Below are positions 1-8,276 of a stretch of 64,000 nt of DNA, piece by piece. Origin of the DNA: a virus. Taxonomy: Duplodnaviria > Caudoviricetes. Numbering within the stretch: the first letter of the stretch is position 1; every line of letters starts with the position of its first letter. The translations under genes were made by a program, and so were the position numbers. Below the pieces are notes generated by a model, which did no database searches, was not told the DNA's origin, and saw only the letters and a list, made by a program, of their open reading frames with translations. The stretch is taken from IMG/VR virus record IMGVR_UViG_3300036820_000017, positions 1,491 through 65,490 of that record. One strand, given 5' to 3'.

Positions 1-89
1 ACAGACTCGTTCGCGCGGCTGGCGGGAACAGTTGGGCCGACGCTGGCCCGACCAAGCGGAACGCAGGGATTCGACTCGGGGCGTATGCC

Positions 90-398
90 ATGACTTCGGG
101 CAGTAGCGATACTCCGATGCAGCCAGACCTAAGCACGTATGACCGATTGGACTGTGCTGTCAGCGGCTACTTGGCCCAGTACGGCGATAGGTCCATCGGC
201 GAGCAACATCCCGATCTGCCCAGCGGCTGCATCGGTCGCGTCGAGAGCCTGGTCGACGCATCCATCGCCGCCGCTGGAGACGGTCGCAGGCTTCTGGCTG
301 CTGTCAAGTGGGTGCTCGCACTCCACGACGCAGGGAGTCACTCCGGCCTGGACGCGGCGTTACGGAGCTTGCGCATCCTCGTGGATGGTGATCGCTGA
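90..398 (+). CDS. hypothetical early protein
   Basis: ATG-started ORF coupled to the next gene (TGATG overlap). Confidence 0.55.
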   Translation: MTSGSSDTPMQPDLSTYDRLDCAVSGYLAQYGDRSIGEQHPDLPSGCIGRVESLVDASIAAAGDGRRLLAAVKWVLALHDAGSHSGLDAALRSLRILVDGDR

Positions 399-595
399 TG
401 TCCAGCCAAAGCAGCGAGTCGACGCCCTACACCCAGCGCGTCGAGGTCGGCGCGTACTACACCGACGGGGCCGATCTATGGCGCGTCGTGACCGTGAGCG
501 AACTCGGCTGTGTCGACCTGATCAACGAGTCGACCGGCCGGCAGCGCTTGCTCGGCATCGACAGCTTCCGACGCTTGATGTGGAGGGCTCGCTGA
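398..595 (+). CDS. hypothetical protein
   Basis: stop/start overlaps on both sides. Confidence 0.6.
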   Translation: MSSQSSESTPYTQRVEVGAYYTDGADLWRVVTVSELGCVDLINESTGRQRLLGIDSFRRLMWRAR

Positions 596-780
596 TGCCC
601 GAGCAAAGTAGCGAGTGGACGCCCGCGTGGTGTGGCTACTGCAAGTGCTACGTCCCGCTGGAGCGAGAGCCACACGTCTCTCCCCATAACCGCCTGCCGC
701 ATAACGCCAAGGACCAGCCGTGGAAGGGCCTCGGTAACGATGGTCCGCTCTTGCCCGAACCCGAGGAGACGCGCCCTTGA
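595..780 (+). CDS. hypothetical protein with CxxC motif
   Basis: ATG at 595 after GGAGG; WCGYCKC. Confidence 0.55.
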   Translation: MPEQSSEWTPAWCGYCKCYVPLEREPHVSPHNRLPHNAKDQPWKGLGNDGPLLPEPEETRP

Positions 781-989
781 GTCGAGACAGCGAAAAACAT
801 CGGCCCAGCCTCGCACGTCCGCGCCGGCTGACGCTGGAAGGTCACGTCCACACCGACGGCGACTGCATCTACGTCAACGGGATGATCCTCGCCAACGTGA
901 TCGGTGCCGCGTTGCCGGAAGACGACATGCCGGACGGCTGCAAGCGGGACTACGGTTACCTGTCGATCAGCGTGGAGCGGCGCCCATGA
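777..989 (+). CDS. hypothetical protein
   Basis: TTGA overlap, GAGGAG upstream. Confidence 0.55.
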   Translation: MSRDSEKHRPSLARPRRLTLEGHVHTDGDCIYVNGMILANVIGAALPEDDMPDGCKRDYGYLSISVERRP

Positions 990-1195
990 CCCCGCCTTCA
1001 CGCGACAGCAGCGGCATTCACATATGCGGGTGTGACGAGGGCTCATCCGGATGGTTCCGCTCACGATCCGATCCGGACTGGTGGTCTTGTGCCGACTGCG
1101 ACGGACGTACCCAGAAGCTCACCAAGGCCGAGAAGGCGGAGATGGCTCGTCGGCCTGGCGCTGGAAATGGACAGAAAGAGCGAGGTTCTGAGTGA
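986..1195 (+). CDS. small Cys-rich (zinc-finger-like) protein
   Basis: ATGA overlap; CGC...CADC. Confidence 0.5.
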   Translation: MTPPSRDSSGIHICGCDEGSSGWFRSRSDPDWWSCADCDGRTQKLTKAEKAEMARRPGAGNGQKERGSE

Positions 1196-1674
1196 CGAGC
1201 GCGGTCTTTGAGCCTCTGCGGATGCGCGGCTTCTGCGGGATCGGTATCGAGCGCAGCAAGACGGCGATCAACGTCGGAACGCTCTGGCGCTCGGCGGCGA
1301 TCCTCGGGGCCGACTTCATTTTCACCGTCGGCAAGCGCTATCCACAGCAGGCGTCGGACACCGTGAAGGCGTGGCGGCACATCCCGTATTGGGAGTTCGA
1401 GGATCTCGACGACCTGCGGACGCCGTACGACTGCCGGCTGATCGGGGTCGAGATGGATCCACGAGCGAAGATGGTCTCGGCCTTCACGCACCCCGACCGC
1501 GCCGTCTATTTGCTCGGCGCCGAGGACCACGGGCTCACCAGAGCCGCGCTGGACCGCTGCCACGCGCTGATCCAGCTACCCGGCGCGTACAGCCTCAACG
1601 TGGCTGTAGCGGGCTCCATAGTCCTCCACGACCGCGCCTCCAAGCTCAGAGCCTCCGAGGCGGTGGCGGCATGA
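1192..1674 (+). CDS. SpoU/TrmH-family (SPOUT) RNA 2'-O-methyltransferase
   Basis: motifs NVGTLWRSA, LLGAEDHGL, SLNVAVAGSIVL. Confidence 0.9.
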   Translation: MTSAVFEPLRMRGFCGIGIERSKTAINVGTLWRSAAILGADFIFTVGKRYPQQASDTVKAWRHIPYWEFEDLDDLRTPYDCRLIGVEMDPRAKMVSAFTHPDRAVYLLGAEDHGLTRAALDRCHALIQLPGAYSLNVAVAGSIVLHDRASKLRASEAVAA

Positions 1675-1829
1675 CGTGGTGCCAGAGCTGCGGCGCACAG
1701 TACACCGGCGCGACGCATAACTGCGGTTGGGCGACGATCACGAAGGACCGGCTGCGCGAGCTGATCGAGGCCGAGCGGAAGCTGAATTCCGATGCTCCTA
1801 GAGGGACGCAGGGCGGTTCTGAGGGCTGA
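1671..1829 (+). CDS. hypothetical protein
   Basis: ATGA overlap; CQSC...HNC. Confidence 0.5.
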   Translation: MTWCQSCGAQYTGATHNCGWATITKDRLRELIEAERKLNSDAPRGTQGGSEG

Positions 1830-2044
1830 TGAACGCGACCGTTCACGGGCTGCAGGTCCCCGCCGTCGAGCGGTACGTGTCGCGCGCCGAGCTGGCTGAA
1901 ATGATGGGCGTCAGCGTGAAGACGATCGACCGCCTCGTTGCCGCCGGGATGCCCTCCGAAACCTGGGGCCTGCGAACCCGGCGGTTCCTGGCCAGCCGAG
2001 CCCTCCAATGGGCCCGCGCGAGAGACGGAGGAGACGACCAGTGA
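1829..2044 (+). CDS. xis: excisionase-like winged-helix protein
   Basis: YVSRAELAEMMGVSVKTIDRLVAAGMP; directly upstream of the integrase. Confidence 0.8.
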   Translation: MNATVHGLQVPAVERYVSRAELAEMMGVSVKTIDRLVAAGMPSETWGLRTRRFLASRALQWARARDGGDDQ

Positions 2045-3156
2045 CCATCGCCAAGCTGCCATCCGGCCGCTACCGCGTCCGCGTCTGGCATAACGGCCGC
2101 GACGTCGCCGCAGCTCCCATCCTCGGACTCCCCGACGGCTACTCGTGGGAGCGAAAGCGCGGCGCTGGCGGCGCGCTCGAGGCCGAGGCCAAGGCCCGCG
2201 AGATCCTCCGCGGCAACGCCGCCCAGGCCGTCACCGTCGCCGACTTCCACCGCCGGTGGACGACCGACCCGCTGTTCCTGCGTCCCAAGCAGTCCACCAA
2301 CATCCACAACGAGGAGCGCACCCGCGCGTTTGTCGCGCGGTACGGCAGCCTCCTGATGCGTCAGGTCAGCGACCAGATCGTCGCCGAATGGGTCGCCGGC
2401 GGCCAGCGCAACAGCACCGTGCCTGCGCTGCGCGCGATGTTCAACGACGCCGCGAGCGCCAAGGCTGGCCGCCTGGTGCTGATCAACCCGTTCGCCGACC
2501 TCGGGATCCGCAAGACGAAGGGCAACAAGGCCAAGCGACCCCCGTCGCTCGAGCAGATGGAGAACATGGTGCTCACCGCCCGGCAGATCACCCCTCCGAG
2601 CTTCGCCGCCTACCTCGAGTTCGCGTGCCTCACCGCTGGCCGGCCGAGCGAGCTTGACGCGTTGCGGTGGGCCGCCGTCCGGTTTGACGACGGCGAGGTT
2701 GATCTCGTCGAGCAGTGGAACGCCAAGGTCCGCGACTTCACCGAGCCCAAGTACGGCCCCTACACGGTCGCGCTCGTCGACCGTGCCCGGAGGCTGCTTC
2801 AGGGAATGAAGCGTGCCGCTGGCGCCGGCGAGTTCGTGTTTAGCACCGACCGCGGCACCCACTACACCCCGAGCGCGCGACACCATCACTGGGATCGCGT
2901 GCGGTGCTCGATCGGGACGCCCGACCTGACCCTCTACCTTGCCTCCCGCCACTTCTTCGCGAGCTACTCGCTCAATGTTCTGGATCTCCCGCCGCACGTC
3001 ATCGCGGAGCAGCTGGGGCATAAGGATGGCGGCAAGCTGATCGTCCAGCTCTACGGTCATCCCGACGCGAAGATTGCGCGACGGCAGATCCGCGACGCGT
3101 GGGATACCGCTGCGACGGTGCGGCATCTGCGGTCCGTGAAGGATGACTTGGCGTGA
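2041..3156 (+). CDS. int: tyrosine integrase
   Basis: GTG at 2041; N-terminal arm-binding domain; AGRPSE, ASRH, LGH, LYGH catalytic boxes; attP follows. Confidence 0.92.
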   Translation: MTIAKLPSGRYRVRVWHNGRDVAAAPILGLPDGYSWERKRGAGGALEAEAKAREILRGNAAQAVTVADFHRRWTTDPLFLRPKQSTNIHNEERTRAFVARYGSLLMRQVSDQIVAEWVAGGQRNSTVPALRAMFNDAASAKAGRLVLINPFADLGIRKTKGNKAKRPPSLEQMENMVLTARQITPPSFAAYLEFACLTAGRPSELDALRWAAVRFDDGEVDLVEQWNAKVRDFTEPKYGPYTVALVDRARRLLQGMKRAAGAGEFVFSTDRGTHYTPSARHHHWDRVRCSIGTPDLTLYLASRHFFASYSLNVLDLPPHVIAEQLGHKDGGKLIVQLYGHPDAKIARRQIRDAWDTAATVRHLRSVKDDLA

Positions 3157-3160
3157 CGAA

Positions 3161-3392
3161 CTCGCCACATCCTCGCCACGAGTGCCCGATTTGCAGGGCA
3201 GATATCCTGTCTCCCCGACTACGACCCGTATGGGGACGCTCCGGGACCCGAGGGGTCTCGGAGCCCGCGAATCCGCAGCGGCACCGGGCGATCCGAGTCG
3301 ATGATGCCCGTGATTGTTGGGGGCGCCCCCGAAGGGTTTCTCGGCGGAACTCGCCACGGACTCGCCACGCGCCGGCGCCGCTGACTCACCAC
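3161..3392. mobile_element. attP: attP region with arm-type sites and tRNA-Pro-like core
   Basis: CTCGCCAC at 3161, 3172, 3350, 3361 (pairs 11 bp apart) and CTCACCAC at 3385; core ATCCTGTCTCCCCGAC at 3204-3219 resembles the 3' end of tRNA-Pro; hairpin 3238-3264. Confidence 0.8.
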
Positions 3393-3470
3393 GCGCTCGA
3401 GGGCGTCTGATGTCCAGCCAACGAGCGGAGGAGCGCTATGAGTGAAGGCGCACATAAGGAGGTACTGACC

Positions 3471-3668
3471 ATGGCTACGATCGAGATCAAGATCGCTGAC
3501 TACGATCCCGTCCGGCTCATTCTTTCGGCGGCGGCGGAGTTGGTGGCAGCCGTTGCCGACCATCTGGAGCTTGTCGGTGTCGATCCGCGCGATCCCGACG
3601 CGCCAGAGTCCGAGCGCGGTCTTTGTGACGCGCTGATGGTGTTCAAGGCGACGGTGGAGGGGTCGTGA
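3471..3668 (+). CDS. hypothetical protein
   Basis: strong SD TAAGGAGGT before ATG 3471. Confidence 0.7.
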   Translation: MATIEIKIADYDPVRLILSAAAELVAAVADHLELVGVDPRDPDAPESERGLCDALMVFKATVEGS

Positions 3669-3991
3669 GCCAGCGCACGGAGTTTCGCGTGGTCTGGACT
3701 CGCGAGGGCCGGCGACAGTCGACCCGGATCTACCAGGGCTGGTCCTCTGCGTGCCGCAAGGCGCAGGGAATCCTTGCGCTGGAGGCCGTGAAGGCCGAGA
3801 CGAGATTCGAGACGATGCCTGATCTCGTCGAGCCTCCGGTCATTCAGCAGCGCACCGTCGGTGACTGGGAGCAGAACCCGTACTACGAGCCGAGCGAGCC
3901 GAGCGAGGGCACGAAGAAGGAGATGCTCTACATCTACGGCGACGGTGACGCGCCGACGGAGCCGAAGGAGGCCGCCGATGTCCCGTTCTGA
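3665..3991 (+). CDS. hypothetical protein
   Basis: GTGA overlap with GGAGG SD. Confidence 0.7.
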   Translation: MSQRTEFRVVWTREGRRQSTRIYQGWSSACRKAQGILALEAVKAETRFETMPDLVEPPVIQQRTVGDWEQNPYYEPSEPSEGTKKEMLYIYGDGDAPTEPKEAADVPF

Positions 3992-4108
3992 TTCAAATTG
4001 TGGAGTCGTGACCGGTCTGGTCTGCAGTCTCGGGAACGCGATCGTCGGCGTGGCGCTGTGGGCCGCGGCGTGCGTGCAGGTGGCATGGGATCAGCTATGG
4101 GGTGACGG

Positions 4109-4384
4109 ATGACCGCGTCCTTCATCCGCCGCGAGCGTCGCAAGCGGCCATGCCCGTGCGGGTGCGGCACCGTCGGGTTCTGCCCCGATCACGCCGAGTT
4201 GATCGCTGGCATCCGCGACGACTTCAAAGCGAAACGCGCCGCGAAGTCCCGTGATGGTCTGCGAGCCCGATCGACCCGACGTCCGCAATGCTGCCGACCC
4301 GGGTGCAGCCATGATCGGACACCACCCGCAGCGTTCTGCGATCAGTGCACCGAGGACGGCTGGGAAGACGGGGTCGGGGAGTGA
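4109..4384 (+). CDS. Cys-rich hypothetical protein
   Basis: CPCGC...CPDH and CCRPGC...FCDQC. Confidence 0.6.
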   Translation: MTASFIRRERRKRPCPCGCGTVGFCPDHAELIAGIRDDFKAKRAAKSRDGLRARSTRRPQCCRPGCSHDRTPPAAFCDQCTEDGWEDGVGE

Positions 4385-4474
4385 ACGGAACGTGCCCGAG
4401 TCCCGCTGAATAGACATACCGAAACGCTCCGACCCCGTCGCGACTCCCGCGATGACCCCACATTCGGTGCGAAG

Positions 4475-4539
4475 TGTGGTGCCATCGCGCCACGTTTCCA
4501 GGCGTCCCCGCGTCCGTCAAACTGTGATGCCATCGCGCC
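4475..4539. repeat. 17-bp direct repeat pair upstream of recombinase
   Basis: TGTGGTGCCATCGCGCC 4475-4491 and TGTGATGCCATCGCGCC 4523-4539. Confidence 0.8.
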
Positions 4540-4556
4540 GCGCCGATATACGGGAG
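4540..4556 (+). promoter_or_regulatory. GCGCCGATA box (sigma-28-like -10 element), copy 1
   Basis: GCGCCGATATACGGGAG; GCCGATAT ends 8 nt before GTG 4558. Confidence 0.6.
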
Positions 4557-4557
4557 A

Positions 4558-5145
4558 GTGCCGCCCCGCAAGCTCCCCAAGACGCTGACCGCTGACGAGG
4601 CCACCGCGCTGCTCGGGCGCCCGAACATCGACTGCCCGACCGGCCTGCGGAACAGGGCCATGTTGGAGTTGATGCTCGGCAACGGATTGCGCGTCAGCGA
4701 GTGCTGCGGGGTGCATCTGCGCGATGTCGACTGGAAGACCCGACGGCTGCGGCTCCGGTCCGAGGTAGCCAAAGGTGGACGCGAGGCCGTGCTCCCGCTC
4801 GCCCCCGATGTCATCGACTGGTTGGACAGGTGGAAGCCCGTCCGGCGCGAATATGCCGCCGGCGCTCCGTGGATGTTCGTCACCCTTCGCGGCGGCAAGG
4901 TCGATCGGCACTACGTATGGGAGATGGTCAGCCGCTACGCCCGCAAGGCCGGGATCGAGTGGCCCGTTCATCCTCACGTTCTCCGCCACACCTTCGGAAC
5001 CGACCTGCTGCGCAGCGGCGAGTTCGATATCCGCGAGGTCCAGGAGATGCTCCGTCACGCCGACGTGCGGACGACGATGGTCTACACCCACGTCGCGCCG
5101 GAGCGACTGGCGGAGAAGATGAACCGCCGCCGCCGCGCCGCCTGA
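4558..5145 (+). CDS. XerC/D-like tyrosine recombinase, catalytic domain only
   Basis: GLRVSE, KGGRE, HVLRH, LRH, VYTH; 195 aa with no core-binding domain. Confidence 0.9.
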   Translation: MPPRKLPKTLTADEATALLGRPNIDCPTGLRNRAMLELMLGNGLRVSECCGVHLRDVDWKTRRLRLRSEVAKGGREAVLPLAPDVIDWLDRWKPVRREYAAGAPWMFVTLRGGKVDRHYVWEMVSRYARKAGIEWPVHPHVLRHTFGTDLLRSGEFDIREVQEMLRHADVRTTMVYTHVAPERLAEKMNRRRRAA

Positions 5146-5148
5146 CCG

Positions 5149-5442
5149 GTGACGACGGTACGGCCGAGTACCATGTGCGGCGGGACTGGTGCAGGGATCG
5201 GGAGGGCAATGGACGCCGCACACGGGATAGAGGCAAGCTTCTCGCTGGTGGGGCACCAACTGCGGAAGCTGATGCAGGAGCGCGCCGACCGGACGGTCAT
5301 CAACGCGCTCGGCGTCGCGCTATGCCTCGAAGCGGGATTCTCACCCACCGAGATCGAGACGCGGCTGACGCTCACCAAGGATGAGTACCGCGAGGCGCAT
5401 ATCTGGGCCCGATGGGCGATCGCGGATCTGGCGCGCTCCTAG
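5149..5442 (+). CDS. hypothetical protein, possible C-terminal HTH
   Basis: GFSPTEIETRL; start uncertain (5149 or 5209). Confidence 0.55.
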   Translation: MTTVRPSTMCGGTGAGIGRAMDAAHGIEASFSLVGHQLRKLMQERADRTVINALGVALCLEAGFSPTEIETRLTLTKDEYREAHIWARWAIADLARS

Positions 5443-5455
5443 CCTGCGGGCTGTT

Positions 5456-5472
5456 GCGCCGATATACGGGAG
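5456..5472 (+). promoter_or_regulatory. GCGCCGATA box, copy 2
   Basis: exact 17-bp copy of 4540-4556, just before ATG 5476. Confidence 0.6.
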
Positions 5473-5475
5473 CGG

Positions 5476-5901
5476 ATGCCTCTCGGGGTGACAGTCGAGC
5501 TCCACGATGTCCGCGATGTCGACGGCTTCGTCAACGCGGCGATCAACCGGCTGGGGTTGCGGTTGTCGCGGGATGCGCGGGAGGAGATGGAGCTCGATGG
5601 GTTCGAGATCATGTGCGAGCTGGCGTCTCGGTTCACGCCGACGCATGCCCGTCGCGGGTCGTTCAGCGGGTACGCCGGCGAGTTTCTGCCACGCAGGCTG
5701 TTGACGGCGTGGCATAAGGCGAACCGCGGGAGTCATGTCCGGACGCGGAACGGTGAGGGGAAATGCGTGTGGGAGTATCGCCCGGCTGCGGCGAGCTTGG
5801 ATCAGCTGGTTTCGACGCCGGGGTTCACCGAGCGTGGCGTCGCGACGATCACGCGGTTTCAGAAGCCACCGCGGGTGACCGCGGCTCAAGCTGCTGCCTG
5901 A
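5476..5901 (+). CDS. truncated sigma-70-family protein (region 2-like, no region 4)
   Basis: EEMELDGFEIMCELASRFTP...GSFSGYA parallels DDLISDGYHGLSRAARTYDP...GGFQTFA in the full sigma; SLD motif. Confidence 0.55.
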   Translation: MPLGVTVELHDVRDVDGFVNAAINRLGLRLSRDAREEMELDGFEIMCELASRFTPTHARRGSFSGYAGEFLPRRLLTAWHKANRGSHVRTRNGEGKCVWEYRPAAASLDQLVSTPGFTERGVATITRFQKPPRVTAAQAAA

Positions 5902-6037
5902 GCCCGGCGATGTGCCGTCGCATGCACGGGATCGCGGCTTCCCAGTCGGCGAGCTGATTCTCGATCTGGTTTAGCTCCCGGCACAGGCTGTCGTCGGTGA
6001 TGAAGGGAATCGGTATCGGCTGGTGGTCGTCGGCCAA
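5849..6037 (-). CDS. small coiled-coil protein
   Basis: TTG at 6037 preceded by SD GAGGAGG on the minus strand. Confidence 0.6.
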   Translation of the reverse strand: MADDHQPIPIPFITDDSLCRELNQIENQLADWEAAIPCMRRHIAGLRQQLEPRSPAVASETA

Positions 6038-6095
6038 CGTGATGCCTCCTCGGATCGCGAGTCGCCTTGAAATGGTAGGGGTCACCCCCGATGTG

Positions 6096-6115
6096 ACGCA
6101 ACCTGAGGGTTGCGT
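6096..6115. promoter_or_regulatory. operator-like palindrome between divergent genes
   Basis: ACGCAACC-TGAG-GGTTGCGT. Confidence 0.5.
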
Positions 6116-6123
6116 GGAGGGGT

Positions 6124-6140
6124 GCGCCGATAGACGAGGG
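6124..6140 (+). promoter_or_regulatory. GCGCCGATA box, copy 3
   Basis: GCGCCGATAGACGAGGG; GCCGATAG ends 8 nt before GTG 6142. Confidence 0.6.
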
Positions 6141-6141
6141 C

Positions 6142-6831
6142 GTGGACGACGATCTGGTCATCCGGCATGTCCGGCTGTGCGAGTGCGGGAAACGCGCCGG
6201 GCACGACAGCATCTGCCGACCCGGCCGCGCACCAGCCGGCCTTGACCCCGACCCCGAAGTCCAGCCCGTCGACCCCGAGGTCGAGAAGGAGTTCGCGCGC
6301 CGCAGCGAAGGCCGGTTCGAGCGGCGCCGCCAAACGTTCGACGCGGAACGCCGCGAACGCAGAGCGACCACCGACACGTTCGAGCTGCACCGCCACGCGA
6401 GAGAGCGCGCGCTCGTGCTCAGCACCGTCGGCGGCAGCGCAATCAGCCGCGGCGCGCCGAACAGCGAAAGCCAGCGGATCGGCCCGGGGCGCCAACAGCA
6501 ACTCGACGACGACCCACGGTGGCGCGAACACTGGGATGTCATCCGGTCGCGGCTCGGCCGGGTGCTCGACCTGCTCGACGAATACGAGGGGCACGGCACC
6601 GTCGCCGGCACCACACAGCTGCTCGGCGTCGAGAAGAAAAAGCGGGTGATCCGCGACGGCGCGGGCCTGTCACCGCTCGCCGTCGTGGAGAAGCTCGGGC
6701 GTGACATCACCGGCAGTCCGCGGACGGTGGCGCTCGACCGCGAGGAAGCGGGCGTCTGCGTCCGCGACGGCACCCACCCGCACGAAGGGTGCCGCTGCAA
6801 GATCTGCCGCCAACACGAGCCCGGCATTTAG
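6142..6831 (+). CDS. hypothetical protein with terminal Cys/His clusters
   Basis: 229-aa ORF; CECG...H...C and C...H...CRCKIC. Confidence 0.7.
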   Translation: MDDDLVIRHVRLCECGKRAGHDSICRPGRAPAGLDPDPEVQPVDPEVEKEFARRSEGRFERRRQTFDAERRERRATTDTFELHRHARERALVLSTVGGSAISRGAPNSESQRIGPGRQQQLDDDPRWREHWDVIRSRLGRVLDLLDEYEGHGTVAGTTQLLGVEKKKRVIRDGAGLSPLAVVEKLGRDITGSPRTVALDREEAGVCVRDGTHPHEGCRCKICRQHEPGI

Positions 6832-6908
6832 GACTAGGCATTTTCGGTGCGCCCGTACCCTGTTCTGTCGCTGGGCAAACTTCGCCCGCAGCCTCGCCGG
6901 CAAGCCGC

Positions 6909-7328
6909 ATGACCGCCCCCGCTTCCGGCTCACGCTACCCGCAGCTGCGCGACCTCGCCTGGTGGCGTCAGCACGGCAGCCTGAGCAACATCGCCATTTC
7001 GGAGATGCTCGGCGCTGGCCGCGAGACCGTCCGTCTCGCGCGCCGCGACATCGGCATCGCCGCACTCCCTCGCGGTCGCGCCCGCGGCGCAACGATCCGC
7101 GCAGCCACCACGCACACCCTGGAGTCCATCGAGGACATCCTGGTGGCTCGCATCAGCCGAGAGCGACGCAAGCTCTCAGCCACCGAGGATCTCCTCGTCG
7201 CTCGCCTCCGCGCGGCGCACGAAGCGCGCGCCGCGGGCGACGACCCCGCTTACGACGACGCGCTACTCGGCGTCAGCAGCGCCGCCGCGCTGATCGTCGA
7301 CCACCGCCGCAAGCTCAGGGCCGCGTGA
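6909..7328 (+). CDS. HTH DNA-binding protein
   Basis: SNIAISEMLGAGRETVRLARRDIGI. Confidence 0.65.
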   Translation: MTAPASGSRYPQLRDLAWWRQHGSLSNIAISEMLGAGRETVRLARRDIGIAALPRGRARGATIRAATTHTLESIEDILVARISRERRKLSATEDLLVARLRAAHEARAAGDDPAYDDALLGVSSAAALIVDHRRKLRAA

Positions 7329-7331
7329 CCC

Positions 7332-7547
7332 GTGGGCCTCACGTTCCCGACCGGCCACCGCGGCTACCTCGCGCCGCCCGGCATGCCAGACCGAGCGAGC
7401 CACTGCCAGTGCGAACGCGGACCGATGCTCCTCCGCGGCCACGACGCGTGCCTGAACTGCGGCCGCTACCCCAAGGACACGATCGCCGAGACATGGACAC
7501 AGCGAGCCCAAGAGATCGCCGCCGGCCGCGCGAAACGCAAACGCTGA
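7332..7547 (+). CDS. small zinc-finger-like protein
   Basis: CQC...CLNCG. Confidence 0.6.
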   Translation: MGLTFPTGHRGYLAPPGMPDRASHCQCERGPMLLRGHDACLNCGRYPKDTIAETWTQRAQEIAAGRAKRKR

Positions 7548-8266
7548 CCGCCGCCGACCGCGACCAGCTTGTCGTCGACCACCGGTATCTCGCCGAAACG
7601 CTCGCGTGGCGCTACGTCCAGCGGGTCCGCGGCGGAATCGACGTCGACGACCTGATCTCCGACGGATACCACGGCCTGTCACGCGCCGCCCGCACCTACG
7701 ACCCGTCGCTCGGAGGCTTCCAGACGTTCGCGTGGCCCTGCATCAAAGGCGCAATCCTCGATGGTGTCCGCCGCCGCGACCACGCCAGCCGCGGCCTGCG
7801 AAGCGCGGACCTACGGATGCAGCGCGCGCGCTACCGGTTCGCGTCGCGTGAGCACCGATTCCCGACCGACCGCGAGCTCGCCGACGAACTCGGGTGGACA
7901 GCCACGCAGGTTCACAAGTGGCGCACCCGACTACTCGCCGCCGACCCACTGTCGATCCACGCGCCGGCACCCAGCGAGGATCCGGACGGCATCCCGATCG
8001 AGGACGGCGACGCGATCCGCGACCCGTCCGCCGACACCGAAGCCGACGCGCTCGCAGCGATCGCTGCCGGGGAGGCCAGCGAACTCGCGCGGCTCGTGCA
8101 ACTACTTCCCGGCCGCCAGCAGCAGGTGCTGCGCCTGTACTTCTGGGGTGAGATGACGCTCAGCGAGATCGGCGACCTGCTCGGCGTGCATGAGTCGCGG
8201 GTCTGTCAGTTGAAGACTCTCGCGTTGAGCCGCCTGCGGGTCCTGATCGAGCCGCTGGCGGCGTGA
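7544..8266 (+). CDS. FliA/WhiG (sigma-28) family RNA polymerase sigma factor
   Basis: DDLISDG, YDPSLG-FQTFA-IKGAILD, region 3 PTDRELADELG, region 4 TLSEIGDLLGVHESRVCQL; start is CTG 7544 (CTGA overlap) or ATG 7493. Confidence 0.9.
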   Translation: MTAADRDQLVVDHRYLAETLAWRYVQRVRGGIDVDDLISDGYHGLSRAARTYDPSLGGFQTFAWPCIKGAILDGVRRRDHASRGLRSADLRMQRARYRFASREHRFPTDRELADELGWTATQVHKWRTRLLAADPLSIHAPAPSEDPDGIPIEDGDAIRDPSADTEADALAAIAAGEASELARLVQLLPGRQQQVLRLYFWGEMTLSEIGDLLGVHESRVCQLKTLALSRLRVLIEPLAA

Positions 8267-8276
8267 AGGACTAGCA

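Noticed and set aside
6701-7543. 521-aa extended sigma factor in the ORF track
   Set aside because: The upstream part overlaps better-supported genes in other frames; sigma similarity begins near 7544
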